Shown here piece after piece: positions 62,690 through 64,000 of a DNA stretch of 64,000 nucleotides. Origin of the DNA: Eledone cirrhosa (lineage: Eukaryota); the NCBI GenBank assembly GCA_964016885.1, contig OZ024742.1:38006001-38070000 (forward strand), read 5' to 3'. The position numbers were made by a program, and so were the translations under genes. How positions within the stretch are numbered: position 1 is the first letter of the stretch; every line of letters begins with the position of its first letter. The notes under the pieces were generated by a model. That model had not been told where the DNA came from. It made no database searches and worked only from the letters and a program-made list of their open reading frames with translations.

Positions 62690-62930
62690 CAATCAAAGCT
62701 GCAACAAAAATAGAGCTGACTGGCACTGTCCATGTCCTGAGAAGGGCATTATCAATTTAAAAATCTTGCAAAGATATTTACTGTTGTTTGTGCCCTTGTG
62801 GCATCATTTGTATGACAATTGATTGTAAAATGTGTGTATTATCAAATTTTGCCTCAGGTGTCAGGTTGACACTTGGCATGATTTTGGAAAAAAGCAGAAT
62901 TCAAAGGAACTTTCAAATAATAATAATAAT
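62690..62930 (+). mobile_element. R4/Dong-like non-LTR element extreme 3' end
   Basis: KIELTGTVHVLRRALSI-TAA (stop 62758-62760) resembles the LQK-x2-L-x-GTA-x-ILR C-terminus; short UTR then (TAA)n. Confidence 0.5.
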
Positions 62931-64000
62931 TTCTTTATTAGCCATGCAGGGCTTACACAAAGAAAAATATTAAGGACGGTACAAACATAATAATAAAATA
63001 GCTTATAACATTTGCAAACGTTTATGTGGGTGAGAGTACAGTTGATTAAATCGACATCAGTTTTTAACTAGCAATCATTTTATCAATGCTGGTGGGATGC
63101 AAGTCAAAGTAAACTATAACAGGATTTGAACTAAAAACCTGAAAGGGCACAGATAACTACTGCTAGTCTGGTGATCTATTAATTCTGCTGATAACAACAA
63201 CACAGCACATATCAAAAGCTCATGGTGCAGCAATTGGCTTTAGAGTAAAAGTATGCAGTATAATGTGCTAACTTTCATATTTATAATTATTATGTCACAA
63301 AGGACTTTTGATAATTAATAAGTAAGATCTATGTTTATATAATAGAACCAATTTAGTTGTATCAAGGTTTTCTCAGACTCTGTATAATTCAACTTTCATA
63401 AGTCTGTTATTGGTGATATTTTCTTTCCTAGCAGTGTAATGATATAATTATCATTGAAAGATATTAACATTAATTACTATTGTTAGAATAGCGATGCTAT
63501 ATCATAGTTAGTAGCATTTACACTGATAATTTGAAATTAAATGAGAAATGAAAACATTCTAATATGCAATTAAATTATTCCACGGGGGAATTTAGTGTGC
63601 TGTTTGTTCAAATTTCAACACATTCAGATTCTAATTATAATGGTTAACATCTCAAGGATTTCTTGCTTTATTTGATTAAGTATCAAGTTTTTAATTCATA
63701 CAATAATTATTATTATATGAAAGACATAACTCTTAAAGGCAAAATCAGATAAACACAATAACAGGTATAATCCATCTGCCAAGCTTCCACACAGTTTCAG
63801 TCTCCCCAATTTCACTCACAAGGCTAGAGTCAACCTGAAACTGTGGTAAAAGACACTTGCCCAAGATACCACAGAGTGGAATTAAACCTGGGATATCATG
63901 ATTGTGAAGCAAACTTCTTAATCACTTAGCCTTGCCTGTCGTCAACTATAAATTAGGAATGATATTTCCAGCTATGTAGTCTGCAATAAAAAACAATAAG

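Overview
AT-rich, repeat-dense eukaryotic DNA. The SINE and LINE families look like those of coleoid cephalopods (probably Octopus); this is inferred from recalled repeat motifs, not from a search. Most of the window appears to be intron of a minus-strand protein-coding gene that I cannot name: two convincing exons (53042-53241, 40601-40780) and two weak candidates (6702-6746, 3088-3159). Nearly all ORFs in the supplied track are microsatellite or antisense artefacts or transposon remnants. Retroelements: a 5'-truncated, frameshifted CR1-clade LINE (8666-12200, minus) with six 3' fragments; a young RTE-clade LINE (35111-37641, plus) whose RT carries an inserted C4HC3 PHD-like finger; an RTE copy with a twin-priming 5' inversion; and Tx1-, CRE- and R4/Dong-like relics. 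There are also three tRNA-derived SINE families and two TTAA-flanked piggyBac-like MITE families. The least explained structures are foldback elements beside (TA)n tracts. One (56739-56971) holds two divergent tRNA-Thr(AGT)-derived cassettes, a second related one lies at about 55.65-56.24 kb, and a 120-bp-arm palindrome sits next to a hammerhead-ribozyme-like motif at 34.3-35.1 kb. These could be a non-autonomous, possibly Penelope-dependent element system, but that is a hypothesis. No CRISPR, rRNA or intact tRNA gene was seen.
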